Positions 11,481 to 27,991 of a stretch of DNA of 64,000 nt are shown one piece after another (the first letter of the stretch is position 1; each line of letters begins with the position of its first letter). The notes beneath the pieces are model-generated. The model had not been told where the DNA came from, made no database searches, and saw only the letters and a list, made by a program, of their open reading frames with translations. This stretch comes from Octopus vulgaris (lineage: Eukaryota), in the NCBI GenBank assembly GCA_951406725.2, contig OX597841.1:15376001-15440000 (forward strand), given 5' to 3'. A program made the translations under genes and the position numbers.

Positions 11481-12197
11481 AGAGTGAGATGTGTATATAT
11501 ATATATATATATATATGCAGATAGACCTGTGTGTATGTATATGTTGAGAAGTATTGATCAATATAATAGATAGATGTATATATATAAGGTAAAAAAATAA
11601 CAACACAATAACAACAACAATAAACGGAGAAAATGAAAGAAAATAAACGACAGTAAAGCAAAAATAAAAATCATGTAAAAAAAAAATTCATTGACGAAAT
11701 AAAACAAGAACACAAGAACAAAAACACAAAATCAAAAAAAATATATAAAAAGAAAAAAAAGAAGAAAAGAACACAACACAAGCCACAAAACAAGAGGAAT
11801 TAACCTCAGTGTGTTAATTTCTTTCGAGAGAGCGGCCTAACGTTTCTGCATGTACAACAGTATTCAAATTGCATATTTCGGTGCAATGTATCTGGAACAG
11901 CAACAATAACAAAAGTAGCTCCGACAACGGCGACGGTGGCAACGCGGTGGCTGGCAGCAGCGGCGGCGGCAACGGCGACGGTTGCAGCAATGGTGGCGTC
12001 GGCAGCAGCAGCAATGTGAGCATTAACAGTGTCTTCATTAGCTTTTGCCCCCGCCGCCGTCGAGCAAACTCACCGCCGCTGCCGCTGCCGCCGCCACCGC
12101 CACGACCGACACCATCTCCACCACCGACACCGCATCCCAATTTGTAAGTAACACGCATGAGATGAATTATGTATGCACAGGTACATGACTACAGAAT

Positions 12198-12252
<55 letters not shown>

Positions 12253-12319
12253 TGTGTGTGTGTGTATAAATATATATACTTACATAAATCTCTGTGTGTA
12301 TATATATTTGTGTATGTAA

Positions 12320-12404
<85 letters not shown>

Positions 12405-12706
12405 CATATATATATATGTACATGCATATATATATATATACATATATACACGTGCATATGTACCTGAGAGCGAATGCTTACATCTGCACTATACACCGAA
12501 AAAAAAAACCCAAAATAGACATCGGAAGGGTGTCGATTTGTGCCGTGCAACTGCAAAAGGGGATATTTGACACTGGCGTGAAGTCTATGTTTTCGTATCT
12601 ACTTATAGAGTCAATTGAAGTATTTCTAGATCGATTTTCAATCGATAACTGCCAGTAGAGCAGCTAGCAAGCTCTCTGCTAGCATATACATAATTACATA
12701 CATGCG

Positions 12707-12799
<93 letters not shown>

Positions 12800-13025
12800 G
12801 TATATGCATGTATATTTATAAACTTGAGTGCATGAATTCACGTATACTCTCACATTTGTGTACTTAAGTCTAAATAAGTCAAGGCGTATATATTTACATA
12901 TATACACAAGTACATCCGCTTGTATATACATATATACATCCATACATATATTTATATATATAAATATATATGTGTATATGTATACCTATATATATATATT
13001 AATATACGTTTGTATATGTATTTGC

Positions 13026-13069
<44 letters not shown>

Positions 13070-13141
13070 CATATACACATATATATCTACACGTGGGTGT
13101 ATGTGAGTGTATATTTGTCTCAATTGTCTTTCAGTTACTAA

Positions 13142-13176
<35 letters not shown>

Positions 13177-13185
13177 GAAAGGAAG

Positions 13186-13218
<33 letters not shown>

Positions 13219-13371
13219 TGGAGAGCGAGACAGAGAGTGAGAGTCATAGAGACAGGTAAATAAATAGACATACTAGAGTGTAAGAGAGTGGGTGAAAGAG
13301 AGAGAGAGAGAGAGAACAGATAACCAAAGAGAGTGAGAGAAAGAGAAAGCAAAAGAGAGAAACAGAAATTC

Positions 13372-13743
13372 ATCAAGGTATCTTTTTACGTCATCCAAGG
13401 AATTGAAATTTTTACCAGAGACCTGAATAAGAGGAAAACCAAAGGAGCAATATCTGGTGAATATGGACAGTGGGGTAACACATACCCAGCCGAGCTACGG
13501 CAATTTTTGTCTGGTTCCCAAAGCATCAAGTGCCGAAAATGAACTTTCTTATCTTCCATTTTAAAGGGTTACAGAATTAACCCAGGTTATAGGAGCATAA
13601 ACCTTCTTTCACAAAAAGATAGCTTAAACTGTGGTCTAAATGGAGGTGTAGTCAAATCCTATTTTATGGACTCCACCACGTTCTAAAATAAGTCGAAAGG
13701 TAAGCTACTATGATTCGGCAAGAACTTTCCGGGCAACCCAATA
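13372..13743 (-). mobile_element. Mariner (Tc1/mariner) transposon relic
   Basis: Minus strand 13372-13525 translates with frameshifts to TRQKL..LGW.VLPHCPYSPDIAP...LFRSL...GKNFNSLDDVKRYL (YSPDLAP motif). 13713-13743 reads tattgggttgcccggaaagttcttgccgaa on the minus strand, a mariner-type TIR. Confidence 0.75.
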
Positions 13744-13993
13744 AAAGAATAAAAGAATACAAGAATACAAGAATCAAAGAATACATAATCGTCATTCCTG
13801 CCGTTAGACATCGTATGAAGGTTTTACACGGATGATTTGTTTAAGGTGATTCTAATTTTTGTGTTCGCATCAGCTCACTGTCTCCAATCAAATCGATATT
13901 ACCTGTACAGGTGCACGGCGTGCCATATATGTAGAGGGGACGAAATGATCGCTGAACCATGTGAAGACGAAAAAAAAATCGTTCCAGCAAACA

Positions 13994-14070
13994 GCGCCAG
14001 GTCTGAGAATCGAAACCTCGACCTCGCAATCATGAGTGCAACACCTTAATCACTAAGCCATGCGCCTTCA
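13994..14070 (-). mobile_element. tRNA-derived SINE head (family C/D-like)
   Basis: Minus strand gaaggcgcatggcttagtgattaagg...ggtttcgattctc with A- and B-box-like motifs. Confidence 0.6.
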
Positions 14071-14214
14071 TACAAACGCGCACGCACAGACACGCACGAA
14101 CACACACACACACATAGATTTATGCATCGCTTCTCCCAGATTCTTTTGAACCTCCGCCCCCGTCTATTAAAACGCACACACACGCTCACACATATACACA
14201 TACAAATATGTGTC

Positions 14215-14300
<86 letters not shown>

Positions 14301-14378
14301 GCATATATATATATATATACATGTGTGTATATATATATATGTGTGTGTATAAGGCATATATATATATGTACGTAGATT

Positions 14379-14413
<35 letters not shown>

Positions 14414-14456
14414 GTATGTATATATGTATAAGGCATATATGTATGTCGTAGATATG

Positions 14457-14532
<76 letters not shown>

Positions 14533-14867
14533 TGTGTGTGTGTGAGTGTGTATATTTCATATAGATATATCGTCTGCCTACATGTCTGTGTGTGTACAAT
14601 ATGTTTCGAGAGGTTAAAAATAAAAATCCACGGTAAATTGAGCCTTCCTTATTATGTTATCTCCAGCTACTAAAGAACTCCACAAAGCTATAATAAACCA
14701 CTTCACCCTGAAAGCTCTCATTTTTCCCGCCAATTGAATAACGCAGACGACCGACAGAGCGAAAATCATTGTTGCAGACGCCATTTTTTTCGCTTATTTG
14801 TTAGACAAAATTGTGTTGATTTGTCTTCTTCCCTGCTCCTATGTTCGTCTATAATTATATACATAGA

Positions 14868-14937
<70 letters not shown>

Positions 14938-15018
14938 TAAATGTATATATTTACATATTCAAACATACATACAGACACTCACACAAATACACATTCACAT
15001 ATATATATATGTATATAT

Positions 15019-15061
<43 letters not shown>

Positions 15062-15075
15062 CACACACACTCACT

Positions 15076-15107
<32 letters not shown>

Positions 15108-15400
15108 CATACATGCATGCATACATTGCCGTACTTCAAACATTTGTGTGATTTTTGAGGTGTAGATATGAACATGTAATACGCGTATGGATGTATAGAG
15201 TCATACAAATATTACTATGTGTGCGTGTGTGTGTGTGTGTGTGCGTGCGCGCATGAGTGTCAGTGTCTGAGTGAGTTTGTGTGTATGTATGTATCTGTGT
15301 GTGTGTGAGCATATACATATGTAAGTATCTATCAATTTAAATCCCGCGATACACCTTTTAGTGTACCGTTTAAAACCCATTCACAAAGCATGTATGTATG

Positions 15401-15431
<31 letters not shown>

Positions 15432-15526
15432 GTATGTATGTATGTACTTATGTATATATATATGTATGTATTTATGTATGTATGTGTCTATGTATGTATG
15501 TAGGTATGTATTCATGTATGTATCTA

Positions 15527-15558
<32 letters not shown>

Positions 15559-15771
15559 CGCATATATATTTACATAAATTGATACATAAATATATATATA
15601 TATATATATTTGCGTATTAATTTTAAATACCCTATCTTTTTAAGTATCTATCTGTCTAGCCATCTATCTATCTATTTTTGTACGGTCCGCTCTCTCACTC
15701 TGCCTCACCGTCTGTCTCTCTCTTTCCCTCTCACTGTCTGTATCTACGTATAAACGAGCGTACGTATTTAC

Positions 15772-15802
<31 letters not shown>

Positions 15803-15826
15803 CACACATGTATACAGAGAGAGACA

Positions 15827-15868
<42 letters not shown>

Positions 15869-15971
15869 TGAGATACATGCAAACACCCACACACACATAC
15901 ACTTAATTTCTTTGTATATCTACAACTGAAAATATCACTCTACATAAGTAATTATAGATTTATGAATGTTC

Positions 15972-16042
<71 letters not shown>

Positions 16043-16154
16043 TATATATACGTATATTATATATATATATATATATTTATATATGTATATGTATATATAT
16101 GTATGTGTATATATATGCATGTCTATATATATATATACATATATATACATATAT

Positions 16155-16220
<66 letters not shown>

Positions 16221-16279
16221 ATTTATATGTATATATACACATATATATGTGTATATTTGTATATATATATACATATATA

Positions 16280-16315
<36 letters not shown>

Positions 16316-16617
16316 TGTATGTATGTATGTATATATATATAGCCCACCCACCCACACACGCGCATATACACGCACACAGAGTTATCCACGCTTTGTATTT
16401 AAATCTATATCGAACAGGCAATTCCGAGCAAAGTGCCGTATCTCCTTTCAGAAGGTTTATATTTAGAACACATCTCTGGTCGCCTCCCATGTTGCTCCAG
16501 TCTAACGTTACTCATTATCTCCTCACAATTACGCGTCATTTCATTGAGACAGAAGCGTGCCTCTTCACACATGCACCAGCGTCTCTGCCTCCTCGCTGCT
16601 AACCTACCTATATACTC

Positions 16618-16704
<87 letters not shown>

Positions 16705-16783
16705 TACGTATACACGCATATGCACACTCAAACATATATATATATATATATATGCATAAATATATACATACATATATATATAC

Positions 16784-16823
<40 letters not shown>

Positions 16824-16925
16824 TGTATGTATATATACTCACAAACATATATGTTTAATGTAGACACATATATATATATATAAATTACATATATATATAA
16901 TATTTATAATGCATATATATGTATG

Positions 16926-16965
<40 letters not shown>

Positions 16966-17077
16966 ATATGATACAATATAATGTACATATATATATATGC
17001 ATATGTATATACATATATGTCTTTATATATAAATATATATATATATATACATACCTACATACCTATGTGTGTGAAAG

Positions 17078-17297
17078 GGCATGGCTCAGTGGTTAGAGCG
17101 TCGAGCTTACGATCGTGAGGTTGTGAGCTCGATTCCCAGACCGGGCTGCGTGTGGTGTTCTTCAGCAAGACGCTTTATTTCACGTTGCTCCAGTTCACTC
17201 AGCTGTAGAAATGAGTTGCGACGTCACTGGTGCCAAGCTGTATCGGCTCCTTTGCCCTTCCCTTGGATGACGCTGGTGGCACGGGGAGGGGAGGCCG
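17078..17297 (+). mobile_element. SINE family C
   Basis: tggctcagtggttagagc (A box), gctcgattccc (B-box-like), gtgttcttcagcaagacg core. Matches 7413-7738. Confidence 0.85.
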
Positions 17298-17514
17298 TAA
17301 TATAAGTATATATACATCTATATGTATATATACATGCATATATGGGTATAGGACGTTAAAAAACCCCAGAGAAAACGAACAATTTTCGAACAACGAACGA
17401 AACAAATAGGGAAACGAGACAGGTGACATAAAGAACATTCCCTTCATCAGTTGTCCCACGTTTTATCTACTCTGGGTTTCGAAGGTAGGAACACACACAC
17501 ACACAGGTATATAT

Positions 17515-18173
<659 letters not shown>

Positions 18174-18299
18174 AGCTGAAGATAGCGTCAATTATCGTTG
18201 GGTCCTTGGGACCAGTACCAGAAGGCATTAAGATGAATATAAAGAAATTAGAATAGAGCGCCCTCTAGATCTCTTTCAAGAGGTTTGCTTCCTTGGCAC

Positions 18300-18510
18300 T
18301 CTCTTTTACTCTTTTACTTGTTTCAGTCATTTGACTGCGGCCATGCTGGAGCACCGCCTTTAGTCGAGCAAATCGACACCGGGACTTATTCTTTGTAAGC
18401 CCAGTACTTATCCTATCGGCCTCTTTTGCCGAACCGCTAAGTGACGGGGAAGTAAACACACCAGCATCGGTTGTCAAGCAATGCTAGGGGGACAAACACA
18501 GACACACAAT

Positions 18511-18544
<34 letters not shown>

Positions 18545-18716
18545 CATATATACGACAGGCTTCTTTCAGTTTCCGTCTACCAAATCCACTCACAAGGCAT
18601 TGGTCGGCCCGGGGCTATAGCAGAAGACACTTGCCCAGGATGCCACGCAGTGGGACAGAACCCGGAACCATGTGGTTGGTTAGCAAGCTACTTCCCACAC
18701 AGCCACTCCTGCGCCT
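18300..18716 (-). mobile_element. SINE family A, full length
   Basis: Reverse complement of the 2287-2698 consensus from head to tail. Confidence 0.9.
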
Positions 18717-19204
18717 AAATAATCGGCCAAAATAATCAGGAAAGTATTAGATAGCTGAAAAGAACGGATAGCATGGTACCGTAGGCTGCCGGTTTCAAGC
18801 CCGCTACGCATGTAAGACTCCAGGAGTTCCAACGAACATGTGATGAAAAGAAAATAATAATAAATCTAATAATAATAGCCATGAATAAGTCCTGGGGCTG
18901 ATTTGTTTCACGGGGACCCTTGAAGCTAGTATCCCAGCAAGGATGACGTTGAAAAAAAAGAGCAAAGGCCAAAGATAAACAAGAAATGATCAACCGCCAT
19001 TTTGTTTCAGGCTTTATCGATCGCAACGCCTTATTTACAATTACTTCGTTTAATCTGCTGACAGGAAAGAGGGAAAAAAACCCTGTTTAAAGTACCTTTG
19101 TGATCTTCTATATCACTTTAAGTCGGATAAACCCTATCGATTCGGCACTGATAGATCCCTTCAGTGGGACAGACACGTCACCAATTGCTCACGTCAACGG
19201 CACC

Positions 19205-19246
19205 AAAAACAACAATAATAATAATGGCTGCAACAACAACAACAAC

Positions 19247-19306
<60 letters not shown>

Positions 19307-19399
19307 AAGAAGAAGAAAGAAGAAGAAGAAAAGAAAAAGAAGATAGTAATAATAATAATAAAAAAGAAGAAAAAAATATAATAATAATAATAATAATAA

Positions 19400-19465
<66 letters not shown>

Positions 19466-19575
19466 AAGAAGAAGAAAAAGAAGAAGAAGAAGAAGAAGAA
19501 GAAGAAGAAGAAGAAGAAGAAGAAGAAGAAGAAGAAGAAGAAGCGGGAGAGTAATAATAATAAAAATGAAATTAC

Positions 19576-19625
<50 letters not shown>

Positions 19626-19740
19626 TTTTTGTTGGCCATTTTATAATGGCTTCTTGATTTTTTTTTACTTCTCCCTTGAGAAATATTGCATCACGCAAGT
19701 ATTGTTTATTATTATTTATTATTAGTATTATTATTATTAC

Positions 19741-19777
<37 letters not shown>

Positions 19778-19810
19778 GTTATTGTTATTGTTATTGTTAT
19801 TATTAACTTC
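19205..19810. repeat. Compound (AAT)n/(AAG)n/(ATT)n microsatellites
   Basis: Direct inspection. Confidence 0.95.
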
Positions 19811-20639
19811 ATCATTGTTATTATATTCGTTACACATCCACGTGAAGAAAAAAACATACGCACGCATTTATACATATACATACATATATATAAGTGTGTG
19901 TGCGTATACATACATACACACACACACACATATATACATATATATATATATATGAATGCTTATGTATACGTGTATATGTATATATATAGACACACATGCA
20001 CACACACGTATATGTACATATATGTATGCATGTATATACATGTATGTATATATATATATATAAATTTGCTTGCATATGCATATATGCACGTGCAGACATG
20101 CTTTCATCTAACCGACAATTAACCGTTTTTTTTATCTCAGTTTTGTAATATATTCATTTTATAATGATGTAATCACGCTTCAACAATATACGCATATACA
20201 TGCACATATGTGTATATATATATTTATATATGTATATACAAATATATATATATACATAAATATATATACAAATATATATGTATATAGATATATACATGCA
20301 TATATATAAGACATATGTAAGACATATGTATTATATATATATATATACACCTTTCCTCTCACCGCTCTTTTTATTTCGTTGCTTAATATATGTTGTTTTC
20401 GTTTTAGCGATCCTTTTGGCAATCGAAGACACGATAATTATCCGCAGCATCATAATCCTCATCATCATCATCATCATCGTCATCACCTTCGTCATCGTCG
20501 TCGTCGTCGTCCTCCCCCACCTCCCCCTCCTCCCCCTCCTCCTCCTCCTCATCATCATCATTCTCGTCGTGATCAGCGGTGTTGTCATCATATGTGTTAT
20601 TACAATTAAATAGGTAAGTAGGGAAAAAGACGCAAGAGA

Positions 20640-20868
20640 CAATAATATAATAATAATAATAATAATAACAACAACAATAATAATAACAATAATAATAATA
20701 ATAACAATAATAATAATAATAATAATAATAACAATAATAATAATAATAATAATAATAATGATAACAATAATAATAATGATAATAACAACAATAATAATAA
20801 TAATAATAATAATAACAATAATAATAATAATAATAATAACAATAATAATAATAATAATAATAATGATG

Positions 20869-20920
<52 letters not shown>

Positions 20921-20986
20921 TAATAATAATAATAATAATAATGATGATAATAATAATAATAATAATAATAATGATAATAAAAATAA

Positions 20987-21054
<68 letters not shown>

Positions 21055-21075
21055 TAATAATAATAATAATAATAG
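20640..21075. repeat. (AAT/AAC/GAT)n microsatellite
   Basis: Direct inspection. Confidence 0.95.
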
Positions 21076-21303
21076 TCGTCTCAACAGCAATAATGTCAAT
21101 AATTGTAATAGTGAATGAAAGATATACACGTCCGAAAGAAGGAGAAAAAACAAAGAGGCCGTATTTAAAGAAAAAAGAACGAGGTTTTGAAAAGAGATCG
21201 CTCACAGCTGTCACCGACGCCATTAGCGGCCTGGGAAGCGAAGCGTGTTAGACAAGAACGGTGAGATCTCGTAGGGGAAAAAGGTTACGTATACTCACAC
21301 GCC

Positions 21304-21366
<63 letters not shown>

Positions 21367-21382
21367 ACACATAGGTACACCA

Positions 21383-21424
<42 letters not shown>

Positions 21425-21489
21425 CATGTATCTACATGTGTGTAAATGTATATATATATATATATACAAAAATACAGTATATATATGTT

Positions 21490-21530
<41 letters not shown>

Positions 21531-21694
21531 ATAAGTGTATACGTATATGGAGAGGTAAATGTTTACTTTGTAATAAATTAGTAAATTTGTATACCACTAC
21601 ACACACACACACATATATACATCACAAACACATATGTATACATTTATATATGCATTTATATATATGCATATATCTACATATATATATATAAATA

Positions 21695-21744
<50 letters not shown>

Positions 21745-22109
21745 TATAGATCGATAGATAGACAGATAGAGGGAGAGATAGATAGAGAAATAGAAGGATA
21801 GATATATACTAGCATATACGCACACACCTATATATATATATATATATATATATCTAGGGGGAAATATTTATATATGCATTTATGTTTAATGTTTTTGTGT
21901 ACGTATGTATGTATGTATATGTGTATATATCCATATGTATGGATGCGTATGTTCTTTAGAACACGTTAATCAATACGTCTAATTCTTTCCAGATATATAC
22001 ACACTTCATATACAGCTTTATACGCACGTAAAAAAACATACAAAGCACGTCCATACATGTATACTTACATCTTTGTATGCGAACGCGCGTGCGTGTCTAT
22101 GTATGTGCA

Positions 22110-22141
<32 letters not shown>

Positions 22142-22401
22142 AGTGTGTGGGCGCATATAAGCATCTGTGTACGCGGCGTGCGTGAGTTCAAAGAAAGACG
22201 GGCGCTGTTTAGTCTGTAAATGGCCGAGGACGGCATAAGTTTTGAATAGAGGGGACGGTATTCAACCCGTCACGTGCAATTAATCAATGCAATTCTACAG
22301 TTAACCGTGTGCGTGGGTGTGTGCGGCGGTTATACATACATGCATAAATGCATACACACAAACACATATATATACACATATGAATCTATGCGTGAGTACG
22401 T

Positions 22402-22456
<55 letters not shown>

Positions 22457-22459
<3 letters not shown>

Positions 22460-22680
22460 GTGTCTGGGGGAGTCGTTCTTTTTTAGCACCTTATTACTTA
22501 ACACACGCACCGGTTCGATTCCCACTCATTTACTTATTTATTTTTGCTAAAATTTGCGTTGCGTCTTGCAACCACTTCAGTGGTCCTCGACTATTGAAGT
22601 GGTTGCAAGACGCAACGAAAATTTTAGAAAAAGAAAAAGTAATAAGGCGATAAAAGATAACGACTCTCCCCAGACACAAT
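22457..22680. repeat. Foldback copy of an unclassified interspersed repeat (direct copy at 5139-5275)
   Basis: tgtgtctgggggagtcgtt...cgttgcgtcttgcaaccacttca is mirrored by tgaagtggttgcaagacgcaacg...aacgactctccccagacaca. The same sequence occurs at 5139-5275. Confidence 0.75.
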
Positions 22681-22763
22681 AAAATATGTTTCAAGACACG
22701 AATTCACATGAAGAACTTGCAAACCAAATCCAAAAAAAACGAAATATATATATATATATACAC

Positions 22764-22822
<59 letters not shown>

Positions 22823-22823
22823 C

Positions 22824-22889
<66 letters not shown>

Positions 22890-23169
22890 GGTTGAAAAGG
22901 TCCTCACGAGTTGATATGTATGGAAAAAGTCAAGGTAGAAAATGCTAAAATAATTTTATAAAAAACATTTCAGTACCGGTTTTGGTCATTGAGACTTTTT
23001 CTACTGTAAGTACGGAAAACAATTAAATTTTGAAAAAATTTAATGATAAGTTTTTTAAAAGAATATTTGCATAGTATTCAAATACAAGGGGCATTTTCGT
23101 TGTTTCTGCCAGTCTCTGTCTCTCTTGTTTACTCTTGTGAGTTCCCTTGTATTTGAATACTATGCAAAT

Positions 23170-24047
23170 ATCCAAAAGATGCCGAGGAAGGGCGAATGGC
23201 ACCGCGAGTGTCGCGTTGCTCTCAAGCAACTATGCAGTCTCGGATCGACCTTGAGCGACTTCAACACAAACAAAACATTCTATAAGGGATTAGTGGAGGG
23301 GAGGTACGACGACGATCTCGGGGCGAAACTGGACGTCGACGAGGAATATCTGACCCGCCTGTTCAAGACGACTTTCGGGCCGGGACCTATGGACAACTTC
23401 CAGAGATCCATGGCCTTGCAGTGCTACCGAGAAGTGCTACCCGTTTTGAGATAAGCTCTACAGACACGGCTCGAGAAACACGGGGCCGACCTACCCGAGA
23501 TGCAGTCAGGGCGACGAAACCGTTCTGCACTCAGTCGTGCAGTGTTCAACCATTTCCGACCTGTGGGCCTATGTCGAACGACTGCTGTCACGTGTGGGAC
23601 GTGTCGGTTTATCAGCTGAGTCTATCGTCAATATTGTCACGCCTCCATGAGAGTAGAGAGGTAAGTTTTGTTTAGCGAATGTTTCAAAAAAGATGGGTGA
23701 ATGTAGCAAGAATGGCACGTACGAATGACGAAGCCACCTTGAGCATGATCCTATGAACCCGAAAACATTTAAAACAGAGAATTACTTACTTGCAAATAAA
23801 TGTGTTAACATGTGACATTATCGACCGAGGTCACCGTGGTCTTTTCCGTAGGCTTTTCTTTCCACGGATAAATCTAATGACATCTCTGTGATACACGATC
23901 CCTATTGATCGTTTTCTTCTTTCTTTTTTACGGTCCCTTTTCATCGAAAACCTACCCCACTTTTTTCCTCTCCCCAAAAAGAAAAGCTCTACTTTGTAAT
24001 TTGTCCCGTTTGTGTTCAGCCTTGTGTGGCTAATAAAGAAAAATATC
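23170..24047 (+). mobile_element. Tx1/L1-clade LINE 3' portion (ORF2 C-terminus with zinc knuckle, plus 3' UTR)
   Basis: FQRSMALQCYREVLPV then, after a frameshift, DKLYRHG...T(Y)PRCSQGDETVLHSVVQC...LWAYVERLL (zf-RVT-like CxxC...ET..H...C). The 3' UTR ends gtgtggctaataaagaaa. Confidence 0.75.
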
Positions 24048-24079
24048 AAAAATATTTTTATACATGTGTGTGTGCGTGC

Positions 24080-24910
<831 letters not shown>

Positions 24911-24989
24911 GATAGATAGAAAGACAGACAGATAGATAGATAATTTACATGTATACAAACATATGTGTGTGTTAACAGACATATATATG

Positions 24990-25053
<64 letters not shown>

Positions 25054-25718
25054 TATATACATATATACATATATATATGTATATATATACATATATATAT
25101 ATATTTATATATATATATACATGTATATATATATATGTATATGTATATATATATATATGTATGTATGTATATATATAACACTGTTGTATTATTTTAAACA
25201 TATCTCAATCACTTCAAAGTCCGGAAATCATCTTTGTAGGCATTAGTCAGTGTCTGGTGGCCACCATTTTCTTGCGTTGTTCTAAACACGGCCAGGGGAT
25301 TTGAAGTTTAGTGGAACCTCATAAAATACGATCACTAAACAGATTTTTACGAGATGTCTGTCTCAGAATTATAATTCTTCAGAGAATTTCAGATTTTGTT
25401 ATCGAATTATTTCTAGATATTTACTTCCGGTATCTACTTGTTCGACTGACAATTATACGACGAACTTAAATCTCCTTTCTGTCTTTGCATTCTATTGTCT
25501 GTCTGTGTGTATGTCAATGTCTATATTTGTCTGTGGGTGTAAATATAGGTGTGTAGGTGTCAGTATTTTAACAAGGAGAAGTGTTAGATGGATGTATGTA
25601 TGAAGTGAATAGAACGTTTGTGCATTTTCGTGTATATACTTAGCGTTTGTATGTGTATGTATGTATGATGTATGTATTTATGTATGTATGTATGTATGTA
25701 TGTATGTATGTATGTATG

Positions 25719-25758
<40 letters not shown>

Positions 25759-25774
25759 TGTATGTATGTATGTG

Positions 25775-25831
<57 letters not shown>

Positions 25832-25844
25832 TTATTCTTTGGTT

Positions 25845-25975
25845 TGTTTCAGTCATGTGACTGCAGCCGTGCCGCGGCACGACCTTTAGTCGAACAAATC
25901 GACCCCAGCCTAGTATTTAGTCTATCGATCCCTTTTTGTCGAAGCGCTAATTTACGGGGACATAATCACACCAAC
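25845..25975 (-). mobile_element. SINE family A 3' fragment, degenerate
   Basis: gtttcagtcatgtgactgcagccgtgc...tttagtcgaacaaatcgacccc. Confidence 0.7.
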
Positions 25976-26134
25976 ATATTTTTAAAAATCCGAAGATTAA
26001 AAATTTTTTTACATACAAAATTTAGAGGAGTGACTGTTAAAAGATTTTTTAAAATATGCTAGGCCACTGGTTTTAATTGATTAATATCAAATTCTACCCT
26101 TAATTAATTTTAAATAAACACACACACGGACGAT

Positions 26135-26360
26135 GTGTGTGTTTATGAGCGAAACACCTAAGCTCCACGCGGCTCCGGCAGAAGGTAATGGCGAAACTTC
26201 TGCTGACTCTTTCGCCACCACTTTCTCTCACTCTTTCCTCCAGCATTTTGCAGCTCATCTGCGATGGACCGGCGTCCCATCCAGGTGGCGAACCTTTACG
26301 CCAAGGAACCGGGTTCCCGGCCCTTATGAGCCAGGCATGGCTCGAAAAGGAACAAACAAC
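26135..26360 (+). mobile_element. Modular SINE (family D-like 5' body, family C-variant 3' tail)
   Basis: gagcgaaacacctaagctccacg and ctttctctcactct are shared with 6414-6720; gcgatggaccggcgtcccatccagg is shared with 53515-53540. Confidence 0.6.
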
Positions 26361-26973
26361 TTGTCATTACTTGTGATGATTCCACCCGGGAAAGGTTCGA
26401 TAGTAAGCCCTCTCTTCAAAGGACGAGCAGAAGGAAACTATTCGATTAAGCTGAGGAACGGTCGGTCAGATGATGAGCAACCCACTGACCAAGTAGAGAC
26501 ACCTGTCGTTCACGAACATGTCTTATGATCGAAGTATTGTTCTCATGAGACTATTTTGTCAATTTTCGAGCAATTTCCAGTGAATGTTCCTCAACTATAG
26601 GCGCAGGTGTGGTTGTGTGGTAAGTAGCTTGCTTACTGCTACCAAGTTGTCGCGGTGGAAGTCACGTCGTATGTGAAAAATTGAACACTTGAAGCACGAC
26701 CACAGGTAAAGCATCTGTTTTGGGGGAGCTTAGTGGGGTCTGCTGTTTGTATTTAAGTATTTTTTCGAACAGGGGTCTCCACTGGGTTCCAGACATTTGT
26801 TTGCCAGTGATCGTGTGAGAAGACTCACTGCGTAGTGAGAATTCTGTTTATTTTCCCTCAGCGGAAGTGACGAAATCATCGGTGGAAGTGACGAAATCAT
26901 TACCGAAATTGACCAATTCATCAGCAGAATTGACCAACTTATCGTTGTCATGTCCATACATCAAAAGCTTCAA

Positions 26974-27322
26974 CCTACACTCGCCTCCTTATGAGAGCTC
27001 AAAATCTCTCGTGGAAGAGCCATCCAACCAAAGAACAAATATATGGGAAACTACCACCTGTGTCATCTCTTGTGAAAGGTAGGAGAGTCCAGTTTGCTGG
27101 ACATTGTTGTAGAGCTGAAAAAGAGATAATTTCTACTCTTCTCCTCTGGAAACCCTCTGCTCGCAATACCAGAGGGCGCACACTCTCCTACCCTGATGTA
27201 ATCTCCAGGGATACAGGCATCCAGCAACAGGACCTCCGTAATGCCATGATGGACCGTGAAGTCTGGCGTAGTATGGTAAATTCCATTGTCTCGACCACGG
27301 TCGAACAATGATAATGATGATG
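26974..27322 (+). mobile_element. RTE/RTEX-clade LINE, 5'-truncated, with (TGA)n tail and 10-bp target-site duplication
   Basis: Uninterrupted peptide YTRLLMRAQNLSWKSHPTKEQIYG...RRVQFAGHCCR...LLLWKP...AMMDREVWR; tail tgataatgatgatg; TSD aaagcttcaa at 26964-26973 and 27323-27332. Confidence 0.85.
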
Positions 27323-27840
27323 AAAGCTTCAATTCCACAGACAGACCGAATATATTTCTTGATGCTTTCGCTGCCGAAAATCCCTCATTTGAATTCATAC
27401 GGCATGGAATGACTGATACGGGGCTGATCTAAAGTCATTTTAAAAGACTAAAAAATCGATGCGAATTTAATCATTTTGGTATAAAGTAATCTGTAAAGAA
27501 CAAGAAAACATCAGAAGTTAAAAATGTATGCTTACTTTATCGTCAATATTGGAAAGAACCCTCAAAGCGATATGTCACAACTACGACAAGATTTAATTTC
27601 CACACTAATACATACATGCGTAAATGCATACATACGCACACATGTAAATACACACACGCACATTTGCATATAGATACATATATATATACACACACAGACA
27701 AACACATATAAATATATATATGTATGTACATATATATATATAAATATATTCCTTCATATACACGTATATACCTACATTTGAAGACGCACAAGCATTCATA
27801 TAATTTAACTAGAAGTATATATTTATGCATCTCTCTCTCT

Positions 27841-27877
<37 letters not shown>

Positions 27878-27923
27878 CATAAATTCCGACATTACAGACG
27901 CACAAGCACTTATATAATTTAAC

Positions 27924-27991
<68 letters not shown>

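Noticed and set aside
17078-17150. Functional tRNA genes (also 2287, 7660-7738, 53385)
   Set aside because: The A/B boxes continue into SINE bodies and no complete cloverleaf with an acceptor stem is evident.
17440-17490. Minus-strand GAAAC-ccaga-GTA...CTGATGA as a type II hammerhead
   Set aside because: Core elements are present, but stem I does not form and stem II pairing is weak; at most a relic.
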